A DNA stretch of 63,945 nt, the filler included, from Saprolegnia diclina VS20 (taxonomy: Eukaryota), in the NCBI RefSeq assembly GCF_000281045.1. It is 7 parts of 3 records of this genome, joined end to end, with 100 filler letters (N's around TTAATTAATTAA, not from the genome) between each part and the next. Parts side by side here need not be neighbours in the genome. Positions count along the whole stretch, not along the records: positions 1 to 24,266 come from NW_008246072.1; 6 more parts are not named here. One strand, given 5' to 3'. Made by a program: the position numbers and the translations under genes. This document shows positions 1 through 11,693 of this stretch, in pieces. The number at the start of each line of letters is the position of its first letter. Position 1 is the stretch's first letter. The notes beneath the pieces are model-generated. The model did no database searches and was not told where the DNA came from. It was given only the letters and a program-made list of their open reading frames with translations.

Positions 1-156
1 GCTATCCCGTCGCTCTAGAAGCGCTCGTAGACTCATCGAGACCCCGAGGGCTCATACATCGAACGACGACGGATGATGTGGATGAAGTGAATCGTGGTGC
101 TCGCTGGCGCTCGCATCACTTTTGTATACTACGTAAACGCAATCGTATGGGAACAT

Positions 157-157
<1 letters not shown>

Positions 158-223
<66 letters not shown>
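158..223. repeat. (TATC)n microsatellite, about 16 units
   Basis: Perfect TATC run; it explains the IYLS repeats in ORF 94..402. Confidence 0.97.
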
Positions 224-1038
224 GAGCCTATCCATGTTGTCCGTCAATCAGCGGCGCTAAGAACCACCTGGCCAATCAAACGGGCGCATTTCACGATATG
301 CGCAAAAAGCTCCCTCACTCAATCAAGACCGAACTTCTTGGGGGCAACAACCGTGCTGGTGTCTTCCGTGCCAGTGGTGGGCGAGGCGGGGTAGCTATTT
401 GACTGAAACTACAAATTTGGAAATGGCTTGAGCTCGCTTGCTCTGCGCCTGGATCTTGGATCTTGGTCTTCTAGATCGCTCAGACTTGCGCGGAAAACCA
501 CTTGCACTTCTTGGAAACGGCCCAATTCCGAATGTCGTGCAGTCCGGAGGGCGGGAGCCGCCGAGTGGCAATGGTAAGACCGTCGTGCGTGTCCCTAGCC
601 ACGATAATACATACTAGTAATGTATTGATCCTTTTGGCAGTCTACTTCACATGTCAGCAACAAACTACCGGTGTACTTGAATCCCAGCAAGAAACTGGCC
701 AAGCCAAGTATGCTGGCAGATCCGCGCACCCAAGGTGAAAACGGCCGTCGTTCAGCGAAGGGTGAGCTGGACCTATCTTTTTCTCGTTGCAGGGAGCCCA
801 ACCCTATCGCCTGACTGCGGACCTCTGCTGGACGGAGACCGAGAGAACAACAACGTCGGGGCCAACTGCCCCAACGTCACTGCAGGTCGACATGTTTTCT
901 TCCGCTTGCTAAATTTATACACAGTATCTCTTTGGCTTGCTTCGATATTTTGCTCGCCATCTTGATCAAACGACAAGTCCCCGGCTTGTACACATTGGTA
1001 CTCGTGGAGAGGCGCATCACGTTGACTTGAAGGAGCCG

Positions 1039-2000
1039 ATGAAAGACCTCTCGGAGCGAGAACTGCTCCAAGACACGGGAGACGCCGCGGACGACCATGT
1101 CAAAGCCGGTGCTCAATATACGTCCCAACCCATTGTGCGCGTCGCGTGCTTATTCGGACTGCTGCTTCTGGTGTCTCTCGCTGCCATGTATGCCGTGCTA
1201 GGCGGTAATCTGTCCACATTCAACTCGACGATTCTTGGGTCTGAATGTTGACATGACTAGATTGCGAGCCACTGAGTGAGCCACTCAACAAGACACTGAA
1301 CGAGCCACTCAACGAGCCACTCAACGACACGACACCACTCTTCATAACGTTGGGCGATTCGATCACACAGATTGGTGCCCACCCACGCTTGATGGGGTAC
1401 CAGGTCATGCTCACCAACACATATGTCCGCAAGGCCGACGTTGTCAACCGCGGCGCGGCGGGTACTACGACAAAGTAGTATGCGGTGGTCTATGAGCTGC
1501 GACTCACACGCGCTAGGTGGTGGCTGGTCAAACTCCCGTCGCTACTTCGAGACTGGAAACTGAAGCCGCCGACGCTTCTCTCGATCTTCCTCGGTGTCAA
1601 CGACGCCTCGCTCATCAATGGCGTGGATCGGGGGCTGCACGTGCCGCTTGACGAGTTTACTGCCAACCTGTACACCATGATCGCGTCCATCAACGAGGCG
1701 TTTCCCAAGTGCAAGATCCTCCTCATCGCTGCGAGCGCCGTTGACGAAACCTCGTCATGGCGCACCGGTCGATCGAATGCCGAAGTGTCCAAATACACAA
1801 ATGCAACGATCAACGTGGCGCGTCACTTGCAACTGCCAGTCATCGATCTCTTTACGCCGACGTTCAACGACCTCTCGCTTTTCTACGACGGACTGCACCT
1901 CAACAGCCGCGGCAACATCATTCTCCACGACCTCTTCGTCGATACCGTGCGCCAGTCGTATCCTGACTTGGACCCTGAAACCTTGCCAGCCGCTTACTAG
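1039..2000 (+). CDS. SGNH/GDSL hydrolase, IAH1-like esterase with N-terminal TM anchor (3 exons)
   Basis: ATG 1039; GT-AG introns 1205-1260 and 1475-1516 restore one frame; blocks LGDSIT, NRG, GVND, DGLH; hydrophobic segment VACLFGLLLLVSLAAMYAVL. Confidence 0.88.
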
Positions 2001-2541
2001 GTGCTAGTAGGTCGTAAAGACGATCACAAATAACTATCACAGAACCCTGGATGCGCAGTTTATTGGTTGAGCGAATACCCATTCATTCCGCGCGGTGGCC
2101 CAGCAGGTCATTGTTGCTTTGTTGATATGCGATGGAATGGATCAAGCTATCGTGCATGGCATCATGCACTGCACGGGCCGAGGAGCAGCCAAGGCACGAC
2201 TGATGAAAAAGCGCCAGCGATGCAAGCGGCGTCCGTGTAGGCAGTCGTCGCGCGTCGCAGCACGTATCATGCCCAGGTGTGGCTCTGCAATGCGAGTATT
2301 TTCTGTGGTCCAAAGATCCCGTCGTTCTACTCGATGCCAGTTTGCCCTTAGTCCAACTCGCATCATCGTCGATGGGGATTGGCTATAATCCACAGAATAC
2401 TGCGCGTCCATTGGTCAAAACGCAAGCGCCTGTCTACGTCCTCACAGAGTGTTGGTCTCTGGCCCGGTCGTGGCGCTGCCACGTGGAGAATAAGCAAGCG
2501 AATAAGGTTGCCGCGCGGTGTACTAAAATCAAGATAATATA

Positions 2542-3423
2542 TTATTTGGAGCATTGTGGACTGACGCGACCAGTGCCAAAGACCATGGGCCGCAGGACGT
2601 CGCAGGGCAGCGACCGGCCACGCGGGTGCGTCGCGCGGGCGCGCACCGTCGGCGACGTCGGTGTCACGTCGTCGGGCAGGGTCGTCCTTCGTCGCAGGCC
2701 GCGGTCGAGGTCGCGCTGTCGTCGGTAGCAGTCGCTCAGAGCGTGTTGGTCGTTGCCGCAATAGCTGCAGGCGGATGTACGCGCTGGGCGCGTGGGGCTG
2801 GACGCCGTTGTGTGTCGTGGCGACGTGGCTGTTGTCTTCTTCGTCGTCGTCGTCTTGGCGGTGTGCAGGGCGTCAACGGCTTGGAGCTCGGCGAGCACCG
2901 TCTCAAAGCTCGGAAACACGGGGCCTTTCGTGCTGTCGTGGAGAATACGCAAAATGGTTGCGTTAAAACGCGCTGGCAACAGCGTCAGAAACCGAATCAA
3001 GAAGGCGCTTGCGGGCGTCGTGTCGCCGGCGGCCGCCATGTGCCGCTGAAGGCCCAGGAACGCGTCGGCAAAGTCGGTGAGCGACCCGCGCGACTCGATC
3101 CAGCGGAGGTTGTCCATCTGCGTGTACAACAGCAGCAGCGACGACCCGGTCTTGGGTTCGTAGAGTCGCCGGAGGATCTCCCACGTCGCATGTGTCGTCT
3201 TGGCGTCCTTGAGGTGCATGAGGTCGTGGCGGTGGAGGCTTAGCCGGAGGTAGACACCGGCGGCCAAGTCGTCGTCGGCCTTGTAGTTGGGCGGGTGCGG
3301 GCCCAGATACTTGGCAAGACCCGCTTTCGTCATACGCGTTGTGATGGCGTCGGCCCACTCGCGGTAGTTGGACCCACCGGCTTGGAGCTTGAGGTAGCAG
3401 CACGGCTCAACTTGGCGGCTCAT
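2542..3423 (-). mobile_element. Ty1/copia-type gag-like ORF (capsid plus CCHC zinc knuckle), no pol
   Basis: KL..GSNYREWA, TTHATWEILRRLY, FLTLLPARF and CSYCGNDQHALSDC (CX2CX4HX4C) follow the copia gag pattern; no RT or integrase follows. Confidence 0.8.
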
Positions 3424-5323
3424 ACGGAAATGACCGCGCAGCGACAAGCACCGAGGTGGAGTGACTGCGTGACTCCGTCGTGTCATCCGCACACTTGCTG
3501 GATTTCTCCCACCCACGCAGAAACATGCACCCAGCGTGCCACGTAGGGGTCGGGGTGCTCATGGCAAACACGTTTTTCGACGCCAAAGGGCGCTAAACGC
3601 AACGGTGATCCTACTGTCCTGGCCAGCTGACTGCCCCTTGGTCTTGTCTGGCGACGGCATGACCACTGCTTTGCAACCACAGCACACGCTTCGACGCAGC
3701 GCGCCAACGACGTGGATATGCCCGCCCAAGAGCTGTTGTGGGACGTCGCTATCAGGTTGCACCAATCCGTACGCGGCTTGGATCCCCTTCCTGAAGAAAT
3801 AAACACCCAACTGGAACACGCAGTGATGTGGCTTGTCGTGCCCCAGCCTGTGAGCTCAGCCTATGGTTGGGACGCTAAACTGAACCGGTGGTCGACGAGG
3901 TCGTGCACCGTGGCACCGTTCGTGCAAGCTCCGCCGAACGTTCTCTGGAAGCACGCCTTGGTGCGTCGCAAGCGCCGTCGCAGGAGCGGTATTTCGAACG
4001 CCAGCCTGCCCACTACACTGTACAAGCACGGACTTGACAAGACGACACGGCAACGTCGACATTGCAGTTCATACCGCGTGTGGCAGATGGCGCGTTTGAT
4101 GGTCCACCGCCTCGGTGGCCTCGCTGCCAGGCTACAGCGTATGGCAACGAGACTTGAACGATATGCTTGACGAGGCACGCGCCCAGATATCTACAAGTTG
4201 CGTTTTTTGTTGTTTTGGGGGTTTAATCCGCCAAGCATGGCCTTGCAGCCAGAGTAGCTGGCCGAGTGCGCATCGTCCTCCGACTCAAATGCGCTCAAAG
4301 CGCTTGTTTGGAGCGAATGAGGTTCGTGCCACAGTACTCGTACCGGTAGGTTGCGTTGGTAAACCGAGGTGAAATGCCCGGGAGCGCGTTTTACCTAACG
4401 CGTTAAACATGTGCGTTAAACATGTGCGTTTTTCTCGTCGGCAACGAGGTCAAAGTATCGGCGAGCACGTATCCTCTCTGCAAGCCGCGTCAACTCGGTA
4501 TATTCAAGGTGAAGGTGGGCCTGGTCGTGCAGGAGTGTAACACAGTGGCGGAGAGTCGCTTGCGTCTGATAGTGTGTTTGGCTTGAACGCAAAAACCGAG
4601 AGTTCTGCTCGACGTTGACGCCCTTCCCGGTGTTGCGCTCGCGATCAAAGCAGCTACAAGCACGCGATTGCATGTCCGGCACTTGGCTCGCCGCGCCGTG
4701 CTACCATCGTTTGCCGAGTCGCTTTACGCTTTACGCGCCGACCCTTGGTGTGCTCGCTACCTCTTTCCTCACACAATCCCGAACCCCGACCAAGCGCCAT
4801 CGGCTACCGGTAGACGCACTGGCCAAACCTCATGAGCGCCTTAGAAAGTCCACCATCTTCACTTTATAATTCCATGTAAATAACTCATTTCAACAATGGC
4901 GGGGAGAGAAATGTCTTCGCCAAAGTAGAGCCGCGTAGTTGTCCGTCTTTGGCTCAAGTCAAAATGTGTGCTTGCATGGGCGTACTGTGTATTCTGAAAG
5001 GGTCTATGAACCTGTTTTACGCTAGTAACTACAGTAGCCAAGGTTGTGTTGCTGTGATGTACAACAGCACGAGATTAGCGTCGCATTAGGTAGTCTACAT
5101 CATTGCATGTTCATACCGGTACCTCGTTTCAACAACAACACGAGGTGGAAGCTGCTCCATCTTTGGCAAGGCACCACGACACAGTGTATGCCCCCGCCAC
5201 CTCTGTGTCCCTCTCGATTGGCCAATAGTCCTGTCCTGTATTCGCTTTTATTGGCCAAGCCAAAATAAATTCACCAATCAAACGCCTTTCTGCCTGACGA
5301 TCGCCAACACTCGTCGTGACGCG

Positions 5324-6118
5324 ATGGACGTGCGCCAGAGCTGGCGTAACCAGCCCGTGCTCCTGCGGCCAGCGGTCTACCGCCGGCGAGAGCGAGGGCC
5401 ACCCGCGTCGCACTGGGACCTCCTCGCGTGGCCTTGCCAGGTGCTCACGTACCAGAGCTACCTCTTCGCACTCCACTACGTGCTCATGACGTATCTCCTC
5501 ATGGTCGCCGTTCTGGGCCTCGGTCTTTTGGCGCTCGGCCTCGTGCCGATCGCGCTGCTGCGCTTCGCCTTGCATCTTGTCGGATGCCCAAGCCGCCGCT
5601 ACTACCCGGCTGCGATCCTCTACGGCGGCTTCCAACTCCTCGTCCGGTACGACGTGGCCGTCCACAACACGATGGCCCATGCGCCCGTGCCATTGACCTT
5701 TGACGCCAACGCCAACGAGCTCCAGGACCTCCTCGAGATGGGCCGGCGCCCGCGCTTTGTGCTGCGGCTACGCGACGGCTGGTCACCGCCACGCGTCGCC
5801 CAGTATGTGCTCTACGTCTATGTTGTGCGCCAGCTGCTCGTGGCGCTTGTGCTGCAGTGGGTCGCATCCGCGCTCTATAGCCTCGAAGCAGTGTGGGAAC
5901 TCGCGCTGCTGCTGTTTTTCCCCGACGTCACGTGTACGTTTTCATTTTTCTGGGGCTTGGACGCGCCGATTTCGTGCGCTGAGCACCCTCTTGGGCTCGC
6001 GGGCTGTGTCGTCGTGTTGCTTGTGATTTTTGTACGCTTGCGTCGGCCGGTCGTCGACGGCCTCTGTGCCACGACCACCTACTTTTGCTGCGAGTCGGTG
6101 CTCGTGCTACGCGGGTAA
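5324..6118 (+). CDS. Multi-pass membrane protein, possibly sensor-domain-like
   Basis: 264-aa ORF with GC3-rich codons and about 4 hydrophobic segments; family assignment tentative. Confidence 0.7.
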   Translation: MDVRQSWRNQPVLLRPAVYRRRERGPPASHWDLLAWPCQVLTYQSYLFALHYVLMTYLLMVAVLGLGLLALGLVPIALLRFALHLVGCPSRRYYPAAILYGGFQLLVRYDVAVHNTMAHAPVPLTFDANANELQDLLEMGRRPRFVLRLRDGWSPPRVAQYVLYVYVVRQLLVALVLQWVASALYSLEAVWELALLLFFPDVTCTFSFFWGLDAPISCAEHPLGLAGCVVVLLVIFVRLRRPVVDGLCATTTYFCCESVLVLRG

Positions 6119-8350
6119 ATAATGTTGAATGCAGGTTATTTATACTACTAGGAACTGGGCGTTGATGTCGTGGGCAATGACACAAATTTGTGCGCCAAAC
6201 ACGGAGAGAAGAAAAATAGTCGAATGTAGAGTATAGTAACATAGCATAAACCTGTGCACCATTCTGACACTAGAAGCTCGATGACTTCGTCAAACAAGCG
6301 CTCGTGTCCGTGCACTGCAGTAACGTGGCGGATGGTAATTCGGTGGTAACCACTTATTCCTACACATACTATGGAATACCATCTTCGCGGCCACATTGCA
6401 GCGCCACGCAATACGGGACCAGCTCACCGGATATCAAATTATTCAATCCTACGCAGATTGCCAAGCCACTGTGACGTCTTTTGCGTCCCTAACGTTAACT
6501 CAAGACGGATATTCAATGGCGCTGTGGAAAATACACTCTGAGCTACCCATAGCGCTGGTGCGATACTTGGCGTTCTAGTTGACTCTTGAAACGGGTATTG
6601 TGTCGTGTCCATGATGCCAACATGCAGATATAGATACACATTGTCGCGGGCAGCGTAAACCCTTTCGATACCGCCTTGGCACTCGTTTCCTTTCAATTCT
6701 GCACGTCGGTGGGCATCTCCAAACCCTGTCGGCGATGCGACTTTGATGGCTTTTTCGTCTTACGACGTAGAAGCCTATACTGTACTAGTATACACACTAG
6801 AGTACTAGTACAGCTGTACACTTGTGAACGACCTCGATCAAGACTCACAGAAGCGGGAAGGCCACGAGGTGCGCAAACCGACGTTCAAGTCGTGGTCGGG
6901 TACCGCAATCATCACCATTCTTTCCCCCGAATGTTGGCGGTGACGTACCTCCAGCTGGGCGCTCGGTTTTGTTGAAGTCGGCATCAAACAACAGCGCCAC
7001 AGAAAACGAAATCGAATGATCGACCGTGTTGTCTCTACTTGTTCATTTTTGACATGGACGTTTGAGACTGCGAGACGCTCGCCATTGTGTGCCCGTCCAC
7101 TTGGACCGTCCGTTGCCGGGCTGATAACTCGAGTTGATCACGTCTGCCCTTGGCAAAACTAGCTTGGCCGGCGTCATAGAATATTCCATCTGATTTCGCA
7201 AACTACGATCTGAGAACAGGGTCGGTTTACGATTCTTGATGTGCGGACACTGGTCGCTGAGATCGTGGGTTCGCTTCCGAAACAGCTGCCTCGTGCTTTT
7301 GTTCGGCGCTGGATCTTTGCACCTTTCTACACTCGACTTGTTGAATCGTCTTTTACAGGCCGAATTTTCAAAACGGCTCCGGTGGTGTCCTCACCGTTAC
7401 CGGGTCACGGTTTTGGTACAGAAGTACTGTATGAAACGCTGTGATCTTTGCGATATTGGTTTCACTAACTCGATGGCTAACCCTGCTTGCGTGGACTGCA
7501 CCAATGCAGGTACACGTCGCTACGATCGACGCGGCTGGTTCAGCGAGGAGGACCGTGTCTTGGTTCCAAGTCATCCAAGCCATCTGAGAACCTGCTGGCG
7601 GGCTTAGTCAATCCATCGTGGTTTTTCGCAGCTCCACGTCCCTTGGAGTACAATTGGAGTACAACGCCGCTCCCAAGCTCATTAGGGGACAAGGCAAGCG
7701 CTGCCGCAATCATGCATTTCTAGTACTGTCAAAAGCTTCATTCAGAGCCGTTAGAGCACCGTTTACTCAGGTTCTTCAGCCGAATACTGTGGCAACGTGG
7801 CGGTCATAACGCCTACGTACAATTTGGACCCAATTCTCGTACCCTAATTTGGACAGCACGCTTCAAGTGGATCATACGGTGTACACAACAAGAACAGGAG
7901 CGGCCTCGTGGTCATTTGTAAGCCACGGAATGATCGTGTCTACAACAAGGCTCGAGGGAGCGGTAAGAAGCTCGGACCTGGCGCCAAAACGGTGCTCTTC
8001 GAGTGGTGCACGACGTACGCCAGGGGCGTAGCACGCAGGCCTAGCGGCAACTTGATGGCCTTGCTGTCCCACGGCAAAAGTAGCTGCAGAAGGCGCCGTC
8101 CGTGCTTGGCCGCCCGCCACAGACGGGCCATTCTTGATGCTGCGGCCGCTTCAACTTTGCGCCCGTCACCAATCTGATCAGCCGCACGCTTCATTTTATT
8201 GATGGCGTTATGTAACACATACAAACCCCAAGTCGTTTAATTCTATAGATATTGATTAGCAACTTCGATCTTCGGGCGGTCTGCCAGACGGGTTGGAGTG
8301 GGTGAGGCGCTTATCAGCCGCGAGATCTGGTTGCCGTTTGACCACAGCAC

Positions 8351-8366
8351 TCATTTCTGGTTTTGC
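8351..8366 (+). promoter_or_regulatory. Oomycete INR+FPR-like core promoter
   Basis: TCATTTCTGGTTTTGC starting 38 nt upstream of the POT transporter ATG; resembles the YCATTYY + MWTTTNC consensus. Confidence 0.55.
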
Positions 8367-8388
8367 AGTCTCTCGAGCAAGTCAAACC

Positions 8389-10302
8389 ATGGGCGAAGTG
8401 ACAACGCCGACGACGGGCGCGTACGCGTCCGTGTGGGACTCGCGGGCCGTCAAGTACTCGAGCGTCCTCTTCCAAGTGTGCGGCTTCATCTTGATGATGG
8501 AGCTCGCCGAGCGTCTCTCGTACTATGGCATTAACCAAGGTCTGCGTAACTTTATGAAGACGATCCTTGGCTGGACCAGTGTCTCGGCCAGCTCGATCAA
8601 GAGTACATGGACGTCGCTCTGCTATCTCTCGCCGCTCCTCGGTGCATACCTCGCCGACGAGCGCTGGGGCCGCTTCAAGACGATCGCGATCTTTGGCACT
8701 GTCTACTTTATCGGCGACATCTTGATCTCGATCGCCGCGCACCCCAAAGTGCTGGGCTGGAAGGAGACCAACGTGACCGGTGTGTTTGACAAGGAAGGCG
8801 CTGACACCAAGACGGCCGAAGGCCTCTTTGTGTTTGCGCTCTTCGCGTGCATTGGCATTGGCACTGGCGCGATCAAGTCGAACGTCATTACGCTCGGCGC
8901 CGATCAGTTCAACCCGAACGACCCGAAGGAAGAGGCCCAGAAGGTCACGTTCTTCTCGTACTTTTACTGGTGCATCAACTTTGGCGCTGCGTTCTCGTAC
9001 GGGTACCTCGCGACCTTGTGCGTCGAAGGCTCGGCGTCCATCTCGGAAGACTATGGGTACTTTGCGACGTTTGTCATCTGCGCCAGTGTCATGGGCGTGG
9101 CGCTGATCATGCTCTTCATCGGCAGCAGCCGGTACGTCAAGTTCCCGCCCAACTCGGACGCCATGTCCAAGCTGGTGCGCGTGCTCCGCCAAGCCACGGC
9201 CCAGTCGACGTCCGCTCGCATGGCCTGCGGCGGCTTCCTCCTCTTTTTGCTGTCGTGGGTCTTGAACTTGATTGCGGTGTTCCTCAAGGACGGCTCGAAC
9301 GAGCGTCTCGGCATGTCGTACGCTGCGGGTGCCGTGGCGTTTGGCGGCTGCGTCTCGTGGGTGCTCGCGGGCATGAACTTTCAGAACATGGAGCAGGCGA
9401 GCGTGGCCAACGGCGGCCGCGTCGATGCGACCTCGATCGACGAGATCAAGCTGGTCGTGCGCGTGCTTCCGTTCGCGGCGTTCAACGTCGTGTGGCAGTG
9501 CGTCTACGACCAGATCGACGCCAATTTTCAGATGATTGCGCAGCAGACCGACCTTCGCTTCGGTGACGCGTACGACGCGACGCAGCTCCCGGGTGCGGTC
9601 CTCGGTGTGTTTGACCCGATCGCGATTGTGATTCTGATCCCGCTCCTCGACGCGGTCATTTACCCGGCGTACAAGAAGCGCTTTGGCAAGGCGGCCTCGC
9701 CCTTTGGCAAGGTGTTTGCGGGCCTCGCGATTGCGGCGTTCACCATGTTTTACGTTGGTGTCTTTGAGGTCGTCCGCAAGAACTCGGGCGTACTCCAGGT
9801 GCCGGTGAGCGCTACCAACGCGACGCTCGACTTTGTCCTTGACAAGGGTGGGAAGCAGCCGATGAACAAGTTGCCGTGGGGCTGGAACATTTTCCACTAC
9901 GTGCTCGTCGCGCTCTGCGAGTGCCTCATCAACGTCACCGCGTTCGACGTCTTTTACTCGGAAGTCCCGGTCTACCTCAAGTCGACGTGCCAGGCCATCA
10001 ACCTCTTCATGGTCTCGATGGGCTCGAGTGTCACGTCCATCTTTACGCTCCTCTTCCAGAAGGACATCAAGGACGACCTCAACGAGAGCAAGCTCGAGAA
10101 GATGTTCTTTACGGTCGGTGCCGTCGCGCTTCTCAACGTCATCCTCTTCACGCTCGTCATGCGCAAGATGCAGTTTGGCATGCACTCGATCGAAACCAGC
10201 CCGCACGCGGCCGGCGAGCTCGGCGCAGACAAGGAAGCGCTCATCGACCGGTCGTCCAACCAGATGAACGCCCGCGACTCGTTCACGCAGCAGCGCGCGT
10301 AA
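8389..10302 (+). CDS. Proton-dependent oligopeptide transporter (POT/PTR2 family, MFS)
   Basis: ELAERLSYYG (ExxER), GAYLADERWGRFKT, GTGAIKSN, GADQF, FFSYFYWCINFG; many TM helices; intronless; ATG 8389. Confidence 0.95.
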   Translation: MGEVTTPTTGAYASVWDSRAVKYSSVLFQVCGFILMMELAERLSYYGINQGLRNFMKTILGWTSVSASSIKSTWTSLCYLSPLLGAYLADERWGRFKTIAIFGTVYFIGDILISIAAHPKVLGWKETNVTGVFDKEGADTKTAEGLFVFALFACIGIGTGAIKSNVITLGADQFNPNDPKEEAQKVTFFSYFYWCINFGAAFSYGYLATLCVEGSASISEDYGYFATFVICASVMGVALIMLFIGSSRYVKFPPNSDAMSKLVRVLRQATAQSTSARMACGGFLLFLLSWVLNLIAVFLKDGSNERLGMSYAAGAVAFGGCVSWVLAGMNFQNMEQASVANGGRVDATSIDEIKLVVRVLPFAAFNVVWQCVYDQIDANFQMIAQQTDLRFGDAYDATQLPGAVLGVFDPIAIVILIPLLDAVIYPAYKKRFGKAASPFGKVFAGLAIAAFTMFYVGVFEVVRKNSGVLQVPVSATNATLDFVLDKGGKQPMNKLPWGWNIFHYVLVALCECLINVTAFDVFYSEVPVYLKSTCQAINLFMVSMGSSVTSIFTLLFQKDIKDDLNESKLEKMFFTVGAVALLNVILFTLVMRKMQFGMHSIETSPHAAGELGADKEALIDRSSNQMNARDSFTQQRA

Positions 10303-10854
10303 AGCCTTGCTGACACGATTGTATGTATGCCTTGGGTACAATTCCAATGCGCGTCGAGTGGGTGCATCCATAATCCACTGTGTTTTTCTCTTCTTTCTTC
10401 ATTTCGTTGTCGAGCAGTACGTACGTATCATGGTGGGACAACGGCACAGCAGTGGGCCGCGGACAGAGGCCCAGCAGTGTCGGCGCAACTCAGACGCGAT
10501 CTGACTCGGAAGCTTGACAGTCGAGACGACGACCTGATGGGCATCAGAAGCGAGACGTGCCGCACCCAAGGAAACGTAATCCTACGGCAGTTGTTGTCGC
10601 GGCAGTGAGATTGCACTTTCTCGCAACGTGTAGACTGACGGTTTCATCTGGTCCACTTCAACTTGACGCTCCGCCGTCCATTTTTGTGATCGTTCAAGTC
10701 ATTGACCATTGCGCCAGCCTACTCGATCGACCAACGCTGTTCCTAAAGCAATGTGCCACGATGGTGCTCATCGCGATTTCTGTGTCCAGCGAAAAGTAGC
10801 AAGCCGCGCTGTGCAAGTCGTTATCCGGAGAGAAACCCTCGGTAAGCGGATTGT

Positions 10855-11625
10855 ATGCTGGACGACGCGGACCTCGTGCGCGGCGCGGGCTTGCTCGTCA
10901 TGGCGTTTGGCGCGCTCCTCCTCGTTGCGATCGCGCCTCTCTGGTTCGTCTCGTCGGCCGTCGAGGCGAGCGGCGCGCACGTCTCGGCGCGCTACGGCCT
11001 TCTCGAGCTCTGCACAACCGCGTTGTACCCGAATGCGTCGACGACCAACGTGTGCTACCGCTTGCACGCAGCGCTGCTGCCGCCCAGCAGTCATCGCGTC
11101 TACGAGCCTGGCAGCGTGTGCGCCAGCTTTGGCGCCAACGCGTCCGCGGCGACAACAGTCATGGCGCAGATCACAGGTATGTTTGTCATCTCGCGCCGAC
11201 GACAATTCTCTGAGGTCTCCATGTCAGGCCTTGGCACGCACGACACGGCGCGCTACTTGACGTGGGAGTGCGACTCGCCCCACTTGCTCTCGGTAGGGGC
11301 ACTCCTCGGCCTCCTCGCCCTCACGCTCGCCGGGCTCGTCTGGGTTGTTGCGATCGCCGTAATGCACCAGCCGCTCCGCGCCCACGCCAGCTTTAGCACG
11401 CTCTGGCTCCTGCTTTCGATTTGCTACGGCTGGGTCTTTGCCGAGCTGTTTGCGCGCGCGGTTTGGCGTCGTCTCATTGTCGGGGGTCTCGACCACTTGA
11501 GCTATGGCATGGGCCTTCTCTACTTGCTCGTGGCTTATGCTCTTCACGCGCATGGCCTGCCCGTGCTCGCACTGTACCAAAACCGGCTCCAGACCCGTCT
11601 CGATCTCGGTCTTACCTGCGTCTAA
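10855..11625 (+). CDS. Uncharacterised multi-TM protein with Cys-containing loop
   Basis: ORF with about 4 hydrophobic segments; probable in-frame 51-nt intron 11177-11227 (GTATGT..CAG). Confidence 0.7.
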   Translation: MLDDADLVRGAGLLVMAFGALLLVAIAPLWFVSSAVEASGAHVSARYGLLELCTTALYPNASTTNVCYRLHAALLPPSSHRVYEPGSVCASFGANASAATTVMAQITGMFVISRRRQFSEVSMSGLGTHDTARYLTWECDSPHLLSVGALLGLLALTLAGLVWVVAIAVMHQPLRAHASFSTLWLLLSICYGWVFAELFARAVWRRLIVGGLDHLSYGMGLLYLLVAYALHAHGLPVLALYQNRLQTRLDLGLTCV

Positions 11626-11693
11626 CTTGTTTGTATAATGCATATCTCTTACAAGCTGTGTTGTTTCTGAAAGACCATTTTGTACCGACGCTC

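Noticed and set aside
94..402. ORF with IYLS repeats
   Set aside because: Translation of the TATC microsatellite.
3536..4870. ORFs upstream of gag as pol or LTR remnants
   Set aside because: No RT, RNase H or integrase motifs and no terminal repeat recognised.
7236..8224. Short Cys-rich ORFs
   Set aside because: No coherent gene model or domain; may be a decayed gene but cannot be supported.
8314..10371. 685-aa antisense ORF over the POT transporter (also 26223..27404 and similar shadows)
   Set aside because: Expected by-product of high-GC3 codon bias; no recognisable motifs.
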